A stretch of 62,180 bases of DNA, counting the filler, from Catajapyx aquilonaris (lineage: Eukaryota), in assembly GCA_000934665.2 (NCBI GenBank). It is 2 parts of 2 records of this genome, joined end to end, with 100 filler letters (N's around TTAATTAATTAA, not from the genome) between each part and the next. Parts side by side here need not be neighbours in the genome. Positions count along the whole stretch, not along the records: positions 31,140 to 62,180 come from JYFJ02004593.1; 1 more part is not named here. One strand, written 5' to 3'. Position 1 is the first letter of the stretch. Each line of letters begins with the position of its first letter. The notes beneath the pieces are model-generated. The model worked only from the letters and a program-made list of their open reading frames with translations, was not told the DNA's origin and made no database searches. This document shows, piece by piece, positions 39,374-51,266 of this stretch. The translations under genes and the position numbers were made by a program.

Positions 39374-39694
39374 CTAATAACTTATACCAAGAGCTAATAC
39401 CAATGAGTATATAAAAGCAGCATGGTGTCAATATCATACTTACCCAAAACAACACAAAACTTGTATTAAAATATGAGTTTATTTTATGCAAATTACAGTT
39501 TTACAGTGATGGCCATAACACTAATATTCTGCATTTATTTTAGAATGCTTGTTTCAGTTGTTTGTGAAACCAATATGGAAATAAAGCACAATAAGGATCT
39601 ACTATCATGCTCACATTATAATAACACCTCGCCAGCTTTCTTCACATTAAGGGAGATTTTATTATACTGTTCAGAGTTAGAACTGTGTTTCACA

Positions 39695-42600
39695 CTATAA
39701 TAGACTAAACGATGACCCTCCAGTTTTTTTCTTCTTGCTTCCACCTGTGTCCCCGTTTTTTTTCCCTGAAATGTCGATAACGAATGAACTTGAACCTTTT
39801 GACTTTCCATCTAAAATGATCCCTGCACCTCGACCTCCTCCTTCGCTTGAGGTACCACCTCCTAGACCACTTTTGAGGCCCTTTGATCTGCTACTTTTTC
39901 CCTCTAGATTTAGATCCAGATTACCTCGGCCTCCAGAAGACTCACCTTGACCAGTAATGCTAATTGAACCAGATCCAACCTTATGATTTCCACCCAGACC
40001 TAAACCTCCTTCGTCGCTTGAGCTACCACCTACTAGACCAATTTTGAGGCCCTTTGACCTGCTTCTTTTACCCTCTAGATTTAGATCCAGAGTACCTCCA
40101 CTTCCGAACGACGGGGTATTTTGAGATATGTCTATGTTAATTGAACCCGATCCCATTGATTTTTCACCGTAATTGACTCCCTGTCCTTCGCTTGTACCGC
40201 GACCTTCTAAACCAATTATGAATCCATTGGGCCTTCCCCCTTCAAGATTCGAATCTAGAAATCCTTCAGTTACAGAAGAGTCTCGTTCTGCAGAAATGTC
40301 GGTATTTAGCGAACTTCCACTGCTCATTAATTGTCCATCTAAATTAGGGCCTAGGCCTCCTTCCGATTCAGTCATTGATCCTCCAAATGCAAAGTTGAAT
40401 TGCCCTTTCCCTCCGACAGCATCCTTGTTAGTTAATTCAAGATTTGCACCACCTTCATCACCAGAACTACCAATTTGGCCCCCCTTTGACCTTTCAAAAT
40501 TTCGATCCAAATTGGAACTGTCTCTTTCCCCGGTAATATCGAAAGTAAATGAGCTTGAACCAGTATTTGACATTCCATCCAAATTATGATCCAGACGCCC
40601 TCCTTGACGAGTATTCCCAGTTAATCCTCCTAAATCAATTGTCATTATTCCACCATTTCCTTGTGCTCCTGAATCTTGGTTGAGATCTAACATGGTGTCG
40701 TCGCTTCCAGTTAAACCGTAAGAATATTTACTTGAACTATCGCCACTCAGGTAGGCTTCATAATTCGGATCTAATGAGCCTGCCATATTCCCGTCATTGA
40801 CCATCGTCAGTGTTTTGTCTCCTGTTGACTGTGCCAGATCCATGTTGATATCCATCTTTCTCCCATCACCTCCCCCTTCAATAGTAAATGAATAGCTTTT
40901 GGAGCCACTAACTTGCTCAGGTTGAGAATCCTTCAGGTTAAGGTCAAATGAGCTCTGTCCGTATGAGTCCCTTGGATTTCCTTCTGCGGCAAATGTCAGT
41001 GAACCATCCACTGACTCCTTCGAATCCATGTCAGGATCTAGCTGACTTCCGTCATCGATAGTGAACGAATAGCTTTTTGAACTCGGAATAGTTTCAGGCT
41101 GAGAAACCTCCCAGTGAGTATCAAATGATCCTCCTCCATAGGACTTGCTAATACTTCTATCAATGTCCAGCGAACCACTTCCTCCGGACTCTGTAGGAGC
41201 TATGTTGAAATCTAACCAATCTCCAGCAGCACTTCCATCATCAATGTTGCTGGAATAAGTTCCTGAGCTGCCCATACTTGATGGACGCTGACCCAAGTTG
41301 AAAGCCAGTGAGTCAGAATCAAGTGAGCTGTCCTCATTTCCGTCTGCGGTTATAAACAGGGATCCGTCTTCTGCTGACTTTGCAGACCCCATGTTGAAAC
41401 TCGACGTATCTCCACCCGAAATACTAAGAGAGTATGCTCCTGAACTGCGAGCCATTCCTGACTGGAGATCATCCAAGTTAAGATCTAAAGAGCCAGTGTT
41501 ATATGAATCACCTTCATTCCCGTCTTGGGAAATAGTCATTGATCCATCTCCTGTTGACTGGGCAGAATCCATGTTGATATCCGACATATCTCCACCCGAC
41601 ATGCTGAGAGAGTATGCTCCTGAAGTGCGAGCCATCCCCGATTGGAGATCATCCACGTTAAGCGCTAAAGAGCCAGTGTTATATGAATCACCTCCATTCC
41701 CGTCTGGAGAAATAGTCATTGATCCATCTCCTGCTGACATCACAGAACCCACGTGGTGGCCATATGAATCTCCACCATCACCAGCAATGTTAAAGGAGTA
41801 AGCTCCAGAACTGCTAGCCGCGCCAGACTGGAGATCACTCAAGTTAATATCCCGTGAGCCTCCATCATGTGAGGCGGCTGCATTTCCGTCGAAGATTATT
41901 GACATCGATCCATCTCCTGCTGACATCACAGAACCCATGTTCTGGCCATATGAATCTCCACCATCACCAGCAATGTTAAAGGAGTAAGCTCCAGAACTGC
42001 TAGCCGCGCCAGACTGGAGATCACTCAAGTTAATATCCCGTGAGCCTCCATCATGTGAGGCGGCTGCATTTCCGTCGAAGATTATTGACATCGATCCACC
42101 TCCTGCAGACTTGGCAGAGCCTCCATTGAGGAAGCCCAAGGAATCTCCGTCATTCCCACCAGACATGCTGAAGGAGTATGATCCTGAACTTGTTTGTTGT
42201 TTACCCAAGTTCATATTCGGTGAGCCGCTATCTTGTGAGTTGACACCACTTCGGCTAACGGTAATCGACATTGCACTATTTCCTACTGACTTTGCTGATC
42301 CCATGTTTAGACCTAAGGCACCCCCATCATCTGCATCGGCACCAATGCTGAGGCCGATACTTGATGGTCTTCTCTGTAATTTGTTTCCGAACAATCCACC
42401 TAGGGTAGAAAAGTCACCGAAAGCATAATTAATTAATGGACAAAATGGCTCTTACGAGGGGCGTTAGGAAAGTCGTTACACTTTATTTATTTTTGCCACG
42501 AATGCAGGGCCCATGTAGGTCAGCAGATAGGCACACATTATCGATAGAACCTTCCTGCTGGAGCCGAATGCACCGGTGTTATGGTGCGTCGACCTCTCCA

Positions 42601-44645
42601 GGCCCTCCAGGAACCACCTTTTGGTGGTGAGGCGCACCAACACCCGGACAACTGCTTATAGTAAACAACTGTCAACAAATGGCCTCGAAATTGTGTCGAC
42701 GAACGTTTTTTTTTCATGGGTACAACTTTGGGTGCTTCCACACTCTCCATTCTCCTCCGGCCTGGCCCCCGGTGACTTTCACCTGTTCAAATCCATGGAA
42801 AAAAACCCTTCGCCGACACCATTTCGAGGACATTGTTGATTACAAACAGTTGTCCGGGTGTGAGTGCGCAGCATCACCAAAAAGTGGTTCCTAGATGGCC
42901 TGGAGAGGCTGGCACACCATGACACAAGGCCAGCTACTGGCCAGCCAAGCGGGAGGTCCGGGGTTCAAATTCCGTCCGCATCAGGCAGTCACCTTCGCTT
43001 GGTAGGGTCTTTTTCCGCTTTTCACCTACATGTCCGGGCAGAATTGCACTCCCTTCTCTGCCCATGGCCAATAGAAAAGCTCTGGTATATTTAAGAGGGT
43101 CAGAAATGACTACTTAAGAACGCCCTCCCTTGGGACCCCCCCCCCCCCAGAGGGCCCCTGGCCCTATCACGGGGTACTACAAACAAACAAGCAAACAAAC
43201 AAAGTCACTGGAGGCCAGGCCAGGGCAGTACGACGGGTGTGGAAGCACTCAAAGCAAGATCCATGGAAAAATCCCTTCGCCGACGCCATTTTAAGGACAT
43301 GGTTTATAGTTGCTGACTGAACAGTTGTCTGGTAGTAGGTGCGTCGCACCTCCAAAAAGTGGTTCATGGGGGACCTGGGGAGGTGGCCACACCCATGACT
43401 CCTGTGCATTCAGCTCCGGGAGGTTTCTGTCGATAGTGTGTGCCTATTTGTCGACCTGCATGGGGGTCTTTGTATTTTTGGCAAAATAAATAAATTGTAA
43501 ATCATTTTGGTACGGCCCTCGTATTAAAATCTCAATAACAGTCCTACATTTATGGTGTGTAAACTTTCACCAAACTCTCATAATATTTCTCATTCGCCCA
43601 TTGCTCATGCAATCATACCTGATCATTTCGTATTACAGTAAGAGCCGATGAATAATAACTTGTTATTAATTAGCAAAAGTCACTGGAACATTGACCTTAT
43701 TATCTCCTGAGGCAAATGGAAACAGAGTTGACTCAGGATATAACAGACTTCAAAAAACTCAGAAACTCGGAAAAAGGCTTTCAACTCCGACATCGGAAAA
43801 GTGTCTCAATTTTCCCAAGTTCCTCGAGATATTCTTGAAATTAATCATTACAATCTTCAATCTGCAACCAATCATTCCTCGAAATTAGTCAAATATGACT
43901 CTGATAGTTCAGCGTTTCAGGTCTATGAGTAATTAATTGTTCTTATTCAGGTTATGTCCCTATATATCTATGATGCCTACCATTACTTTTAATCAACTCA
44001 AAAGGAAAATAATTGCCTGTATTTACATAGTAGATGATATAGTTGACAAAGTCATGGGTAATGGTTTAATGTCAAGATACCGGTCGCTTTTATACCCCAC
44101 CACATTAGGGCATTTTCATAGAAGATGTGATACTCACCTAAACCACTGTGCTTGCTTGAAGAACCTTTTCGTCCCTTTCCTGAAAATAATGGCAATTACT
44201 AGCTACTTGAATTTTCATGTTAAATAAAGTAGTCATTTACCTTTGCGAGATGGTCCTTTTGTTTAAAAAAACAGAGAAATAAAATAAAATAAATATTCAA
44301 CCGTTAATAACACTAATTCAATATTTTAAGTTATTTACTTTCCGGCTTACCCAATGCTCTCTGGTTCTGTTCCTCTGCAACAAATAAAACAGGGAGAAGT
44401 CATATTATGTCCTGAGTACAATGACTCGCATGCGTAACTCACCGCTAGACTTGTTATCATTCGAGCTTTTCTCTGCAACCCATAAAAACAAAAACAATAT
44501 TATGGCCATTTGATTTTAAAAGGAGGGAAAATATGGACTTACCCCCTGAAGGATCTGCATAGGCGACACACAGGAAAATTAATAAAATATATAAAATATA
44601 TAATTTGGCAGGCAGGGAGAAATTTCTTTTCTTCCAGCACAACAT
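39695..44645 (-). CDS. Secreted Gly/Ser/Asp-rich repetitive structural protein, ~958 aa, 5 coding exons
   Basis: Exons 44645-44543 (MLCWKKRNFSLPAKLYILYILLIFLCVAYA-DPSG, signal-peptide-like), 44472-44443, 44374-44351, 44255-44241 and 42399-39695. All have GT-AG sites with pyrimidine tracts, all introns are phase 1, and the joined CDS is 2877 nt and open. The terminal exon is a 2.7-kb uninterrupted ORF with ~60-62-aa repeats; AATAAA lies downstream (~39538 and ~39483). Extra micro-exons in the 1.8-kb intron cannot be excluded. Confidence 0.88.
42455..43521. mobile_element. Mariner-derived fold-back element (~325-bp imperfect inverted arms) in intron 4 of the Gly/Ser/Asp gene
   Basis: TA|CGAGGGGCGT ... 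ACGGCCCTCG|TA termini; arms 42455-~42780 and ~43200-43521 are inverse copies; remnant HSPFSSGLAPGDFHLFKSMEK resembles the mariner HPPYSPDLAPSDFHLF motif. Confidence 0.85.
42945..43203 (+). mobile_element. 5'-degenerate tRNA-derived SINE (family C) nested in the mariner fold-back
   Basis: GGGAGGTCCGGGGTTCAAATTCC B-box-like head; ends ACGGGGTACTA followed by (CAAA)n tail. Confidence 0.55.
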
Positions 44646-45329
44646 TTTCGAGTCAGACTGGGACGCTGGAGACTAGGAGTATTGCCATATTACACAAGGG
44701 TGTCTAGACAATAGGCACTTTGTTTTGTGACTTAGTATAGACGCAGGTAATTCAGACACAATAGTTGATGTCATTATTAGCGATTCATTTCAAATGTAAA
44801 AATATCGTTACAATAGTTGTATGCGTGCCTCATGCGCCTTACCCTTTTTCTGAGTTATCTGAGTAGAAACAATATTTCAGGCCTTACACAATGGCGTTAC
44901 CTCTCAAATGACGACATATTATTAGGTTTAGGTGATAAAGGGTTCATATCACTGATGCAGGAGCAAGGACAGGACTCTTGGCCCACTCGTCCAGTATGAC
45001 AGCAACAAATTCCGGTTCATGACTAACCATATACAGTACTGTATATTATCATAATTATATATGGGTTTGCACATTGTCGATTGAACATGCTCCAGTATGG
45101 AAATTATTACAATACAGGGTATATCCTTATACATAACAATGACAAAGTTTGTTGGTATTGTGTATGATTGTATATGTCACGCCTATTTATTTTTTATTAA
45201 TTTTTAAATGTCCATTTCTGAGGAAAAAAAATCAAACCTTTTGACGCTACCTTTAATTCGAAATGTTGATTTTTTTTACAAACATGAGTCCTACTCTCTG
45301 AAAGGGTGTTAAAATAGCTTCCCATTACA

Positions 45330-45651
45330 CTTTTTTTTTAAGTAATCCGGGGTAGTGCTTGACCTCATCTGAGGTATGCAGCACGAACCTTTATTTATTA
45401 TGTCAAGTACATTGGAGCCTTTATACGTAACGCCCGGGCCCACGGGCAGGATGACAGGAGGGGATGTGCAAGGTGCAATGCAATGTCTTATCCGTGGGCA
45501 TTTTTAGTGAACTCCTCCGGGTGGTTTAGTCTGTGGAAATACCACCCGAGACGAAGCCAGAGGTGACCCTGAACTCTGCACGAGATGAAGGGGGTGTCCC
45601 CGGGTTGGGATCGAACCCGGGTTACCGCAGCACCACTCCGCCTCCCCATCA
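45330..45651 (-). mobile_element. tRNA-derived SINE family A, full length
   Basis: A/B boxes on - strand (with a deletion between them), poly-A tail (T run 45331-45339), TSD TCCCATTACA at 45320-45329 and 45652-45661. Confidence 0.85.
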
Positions 45652-46110
45652 TCCCATTACATTAATTACATTTCGGATGTCACAATTTTCCGACGTTATG
45701 GCCTCCCATCTGATGGCGGATGGAGACAAAATCCGCAAAAATCCGCACTTTTCGCACCCTGTAGTTATGCAACCACGCGACGCAGGGACAAAAAAAATGA
45801 GGTTCCTGCTCACACCCATGTGTACTACAACATACCCAGTTTTGGTGGAAATCTGTCGGGGAGGGGCGGTCCAGTTGACGTGGAATGCCTCATACACCGG
45901 TACCGGTATATCATTATAAACTAAATCTTCAAAATTAAATTCGTGTATGTGTAGACGTTAATATATTGTTGACATAGATATCTATTGCCATACATTTTAT
46001 TCTCTTCTGATCCGTCACGCATATTGTGTTTAGTATATCCAAGCCTGGTATTTAAATTATTAATTAACACGAATTTTTGTTAATTATAAGTTTTAATATG
46101 CAAAATATGC

Positions 46111-46370
46111 ACTGAGGCAGGTTGGTGTGGTGGTTAAGGAGTCCAACTGCTGATCGGGAGGTCCTGCTGGGTTCGAATCCCGGGGCCAGCGATCCTGACC
46201 GTGGTTTTCTGTGGTTTTCCACGGTCACCCCCAAGATAATTCCGGGGTAGCTTCCACATAATAGGCCACAGCCGCTTCCATCCTTCCCTACATCCTGACC
46301 CCCATCCAATGGTGGTATTCCACCCCCCTAATGGAGCGCCGATTCTCCCAATGGGGTATAAATAAATAAA
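46111..46370 (+). mobile_element. tRNA-derived SINE family B, full length
   Basis: TGGTGTGGTGG A-box, GGTTCGAATCCC B-box, (TAAA)n tail; 17-bp TSD TAATATGCAAAATATGC at 46094-46110 and 46371-46387. Confidence 0.92.
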
Positions 46371-49300
46371 TAATATGCAAAATATGCTAGATCAATGTCC
46401 AATTATTAATGACTCTTGGAAACGATTGTCTTTTTTTATTGGTGGACAAGTGACTTGGTCGTTTAGTAAATGGATGGTTGTTATGTATAAATCAAAGTTT
46501 ATATTGAGGAGTTCGGAAGGCTTGGATCACGTCCACCAGACTTTCTCCATCAGTAGAAGTGCAATATCATGGATAAGAAGAATATGCCTCGTCCCTATCG
46601 CACAGTCCCCCGCCCCTTTGGCGTCGGGAACCACGACAGACCGAAAGGCTCAGTCTGCTTCGTTAAATCATTGTTTTGGAGACGCTCCGGGGATGTAGTG
46701 CAAGGTATTGGTTCTGTCTCTTCTATAACCCTACCATGAACTTCTGGATTCAAGTGAGGATAAAGACTGTAATGATACCGTACCCTCAATATTGACGCAT
46801 TCTAAAATTACGGACATATTGTTAATTGCATTATATTGTTGGTTGACAATTATTGGCAACCTACAAAACAATACAATAATTACCTACCGGTCCAGACTTT
46901 TGAGTCACTCTGCACAATCATGCCAAAACTTACAGAACTACTGTAGCTCATGTTTGCCAAAATGCAAGTGATGTTGCGTGAAGGGAATGCTGGAGGGGAC
47001 AATGTTGCTATCAGTCCTCACTTTCTCTGAAATTAAAACTCGGCAATTCAAGGCTTTGTTCCTTTTTTCAGAACTCGCAAAAAACAAGAAGAAACTAATT
47101 CACCTTGAAGATGGATATCGTCAATGGCTGCCACAAGCGAAGCATGCTTCTGGAACTTTCTATGTTAGAAGGAAGTACCGTGTTCTGATAGGCCACAGAT
47201 TTTATCTAAGGAAGCAGACATACCCTCTGAAAACGTTGGACAAAGCCCATTCAGACACTGACGCATATGACGCCCAATATATCACATTTCGCAACAGTAA
47301 GTATGTCCTTACAGTGTAATTGCAACTTGCAAGGACTGGAAATATTCGACGTGACTTTTTAATTATCCGTGTCACAAGTTGGGGAGTCAGAAACCCAATA
47401 CCGGTATATCTTCACACACAAATATAATCCTTAAACATGCAGATACAGGATGTGTCAATTCAAATGTCCATAATTATCAATATTTAGACACTAAGCTGCT
47501 TATTTTAGGCAGTGACTTTTGAACAGTTACTTTGAATGGTTAAAAGTATTACTCAATAATATTAGGTTGACCGGGTTCATTCTTACCTGAAATCATATGA
47601 CTAATAATTGTCACGTGGGACTTGGGGTGTGTGAAGGAAGGGGGGGGGGGGTGNGCGGTGGTGTTGGTGGTGGGGGTTGGGAGCGGGCATGGATTTTCTT
47701 AGGAATAATTGGGAAGGTGGAACGGAAAAAGGGTGAGGGATGAGGGGGTGAAGGGGTTGAGGTGGGCATCTGACTGATTCAGGAGGAGGAGGGGGGGGGG
47801 TTGTACTGTTGCTGCTTATTCTTTGGTTGCTGGCGTCGTTAGCCGTCGCTGGCGTTGTCGAGCATCTCTTACTTCGGGCATCGTCGGCGTCGCCGGGCGT
47901 CGCGTCGTAGGGGGTCAACAGGCGTCCTCCTCGTCATCAGGCGTCTTCTTAGACCACGACGCGACGCTTAACGGTGAAGGAGGCTTAATCCTCTGTGCCA
48001 CTAGGATAGCTATCCTCAGTCGCTCCGGTGTCTGTACGTATACCATTACACAGGCGTAGCACATCGCACTTGTCTTGTATCCAGGTTTTTCTCAGGAGCA
48101 AAATTAAGCTGTTTTTCTGGCCTCTCGATAATGACTTGCAAAATTCATGGACCTATGTGTCCCGCACGAGCGTTCCATCTACCGAACTGTACTCACTTTT
48201 TGATGCTTAATCGACCCCTGCATGCCATTGTGCGTTACGATCGCAATTAACATAGATATAAAAACGGGGCCTTATTGGGAGCTGGGCCTAATTTAGTGCA
48301 GGTACTTATTACAACATATCTTATTCTCCGTTGCTATAAGAAATAATAATGTTGTGGAAATTGTGCGTGTAATGTAAGGTTTTAAAAACTCAGGAGCGGT
48401 CTGTGGGATAATAACAGCTCTTTTCCACAACAGGACAGTACTGATAGAATTGATTACTTTTATCCTAGGGGAAGATGCTAGAGATATAATGCGTTTACAC
48501 GACATTATGAAACTGGGAAAGAGGAGGACACTGACGCTAATGTCTCAGAAACTCCCAGTTGCAGAGGACAAGAACGATGAATACGTGAACCGACTGGAGA
48601 AAGGTGAGGAATTCAAATGATCTTAATTTTATCAGTGTGGGGTTTTTCGAGTTTAATTTTTGGTATTCTCGTCATCGAGTCTTGAGTATGTATGAATAAG
48701 CCCTACAAGTTGTGTTTGTGTGCGTTATTTAGTTATATTAATACTAATTTCCGTTTGAGAGGGAGGGGGCAGTTGCATCATCAATCAGATTACATTATTA
48801 CAGTATGTAAGAGTACTGGTTATCTCAAAAATGCGTACAATTTGGCATCCCAGCAATGTAATGTACAGTATAGAAGAGATTAAGTAAATCAGAATGGTTT
48901 ATTACGAACTTTAATAATTTCATGACCATTCATAAGAGAAAGTGAGGTACTGTGCGTTACTGAACTACTGTGAACGAAAAAAGTCACGGAAGAGAAGGTA
49001 AGAACGTCAATCTGTTTCGTTTGTACATGCAATATAATGAGTGACCTCGTTGATGTTTTCAGCAGTAATAGGTTCATAAGTCAATGCATTGCATTAGCAA
49101 TAATAACACAGGCCAAAAAAAAAAAATCTGTTGCATGAGATTTTTCAACTGATTCTAAGATTTTTTTCAACTCTGATTTCAAATCTGAAATCGGCTTTCC
49201 TCTCCAAGCTCCAGTTTTCATGCAATAATTTGAAACTTGTGATTTTCGCAATAAAGGACACCCCTTGCTATTTACATTAGGGTTAGCTTGAGAATTAGGC

Positions 49301-49755
49301 TTAGATCTATCATAACCTTAGCGCTTAGCCCTTTCTTTTCGAATGTGTTAAATGTGCCAAACTAACCTCGCTGTATAGAGCTTCGCACCATCTTACGCCA
49401 AAAAGGGCCACTTTTGCCTTTACCCAGGCATATCGCATATGTGTATCATACAGCATAGGCAAAGCCTTTGCCTATGCTGTAGGCCTACCTATATGCCTGA
49501 GTTACCTATGCCTCTATGAACCCCCTCTTGATGGCGTTTCCGGACGCAGGTTCCTATGTGAAATATGTTTATCTTGGTCCCCTCTATTACCCCTAGAAGT
49601 TTGTAAAGTTAGCTCGGAAACACCCTGTATCTATAGCCTACTGTATTGTTATAACTATTCTGTCTCCCCAAACCTTTCTGAATTAAAATTATGAACATTG
49701 ATTTGTCTATTCCAAACTCACTGGCCTGCTGTCTCAGCATAGGCTACTTATATTT

Positions 49756-50688
49756 GAGGGGTGTGGTGGAAAAACCTGATAACCAAAATTTTTGTCATTT
49801 TTGACCTAAACACCTAGCAACTATGTACGTAAAAGACATGACAAACATTTTTATATACTCAAAGTTCACATATCATCCATGATACGGAAACACGTGATAA
49901 AAGACAACCACTTGCCATGTTTTCTGGCACGTCCTCAAACGGAAAAACACGATAAGTGACTACTAGATTTTTATACCCTTCATATTCTTCCATTTTATAC
50001 AGCGTACAACAAAGGTTTCTGGACCAGTCAATATTAATATATTATACAAGGGAAATTCTAAGTTTTTTGAAGTAACCCTCATCTTTTATGTTGATATTGT
50101 ACTCCCATAATCTCCAGAATATGCTGTATGTCCCATGTATGACTCATTTTCCCGTCCATAATCCTCATTGACTCTGCTTTTGTGCTCACATGAATAAGAA
50201 GTGTGCAATGCAAGTGTTGTCTCTCAATAAGATTCATTGCAAGTGCTTTGTTATCAATGCCTGATAATTGTGGGCCTGGCTGTAAGACAGTGTCTGTAAG
50301 CAAGTCAGGCCAAAAAATCATGACCAGTTAATAAGAGCGTTGACCAGGAATTAGCAACTGTCACACAAGATGTGCTGCACAGTGTAGCCTACACTCAAAC
50401 ATTCAAGACAGTTTGGGAAGAGGTGTAGCTCACTCTTTGGAGAGAAAATAATGGAATGCACACTGAATATTAACACACCTTACATCCTTTCATGTCTGAA
50501 TGCATGTAAAACTCTCGTAATTATACCGGTATATACACCTTATGTTCACGTAATATAATAAAACTCAGTGTTACAAGCTCAGGTAATATGCTGATTTGTG
50601 ACAAGAGTGCAAACCTGGTGCAAACTTAAATTCACTCCCCTGAAAAATTACACCCTTGTGAGTTATCACGTTTTCCACCACACCCCTC
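49756..50688. mobile_element. Non-autonomous TIR DNA transposon, Sola-like (GAG...CTC termini)
   Basis: ~27-bp TIRs GAGGGGTGTGGTGGAAAAACCTGATAAC / GTTATCACGTTTTCCACCACACCCCTC; 4-bp flanks ATTT / CTTT (3 of 4 match); superfamily inferred from termini and TSD length. Confidence 0.75.
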
Positions 50689-51266
50689 CTTTTTATTTAC
50701 GTATCCCATATTAGTTCATGTGTACATAAGAACAAAATGATATGGTTAGAGAATTAATTATTCTAGAAATACACACTTCCGAATAATTGGGCTTCTTGTC
50801 CGGTCATGAATGATGACCTGACGGAATTTTCTAGTTCACTTTCGGGAAACTACTAATGTGCTGAATCTTGCAACTTATTGAAGACTAGATTAAACTAGAC
50901 GGTCAAAATAATTAGTTTTGCAGCTGAAAAATATGCGCTGCAAGTCTGTGCTTTGACAGGCATGGTTGGGCAGATAAGGAGTGGACATTGTTGGTATTTT
51001 TCCACATAGTCAGAGGGACCATGCAGTCAAGACGATATGAGTTATTTTCGACTAATAATAATAACCTAGGATCTTATTCTTACTGGATAGCAACTAAAAG
51101 CAACATTTTTGCAAGCAGTGCTCCTTGTTAGACCACGATATTTTGTGATACAGTCTAACAAAAGGTCTCGTAGGAATAATCAAATGTATTTTACAATGAA
51201 TCAATTACATGAAACAGGTTGTCTTTAGTGACTAATGATAGTATTACTGTATTTTTATTGTTGCAG

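Noticed and set aside
39735..42428. Plus-strand ORFs antisense to the Gly/Ser/Asp gene
   Set aside because: Shadow frames of a repetitive coding exon
46375..47330. Possible minus-strand exons with splice-like sites (~46860, ~46888-47026)
   Set aside because: Could not assemble an open, domain-bearing frame; may be non-coding exons but unsupported
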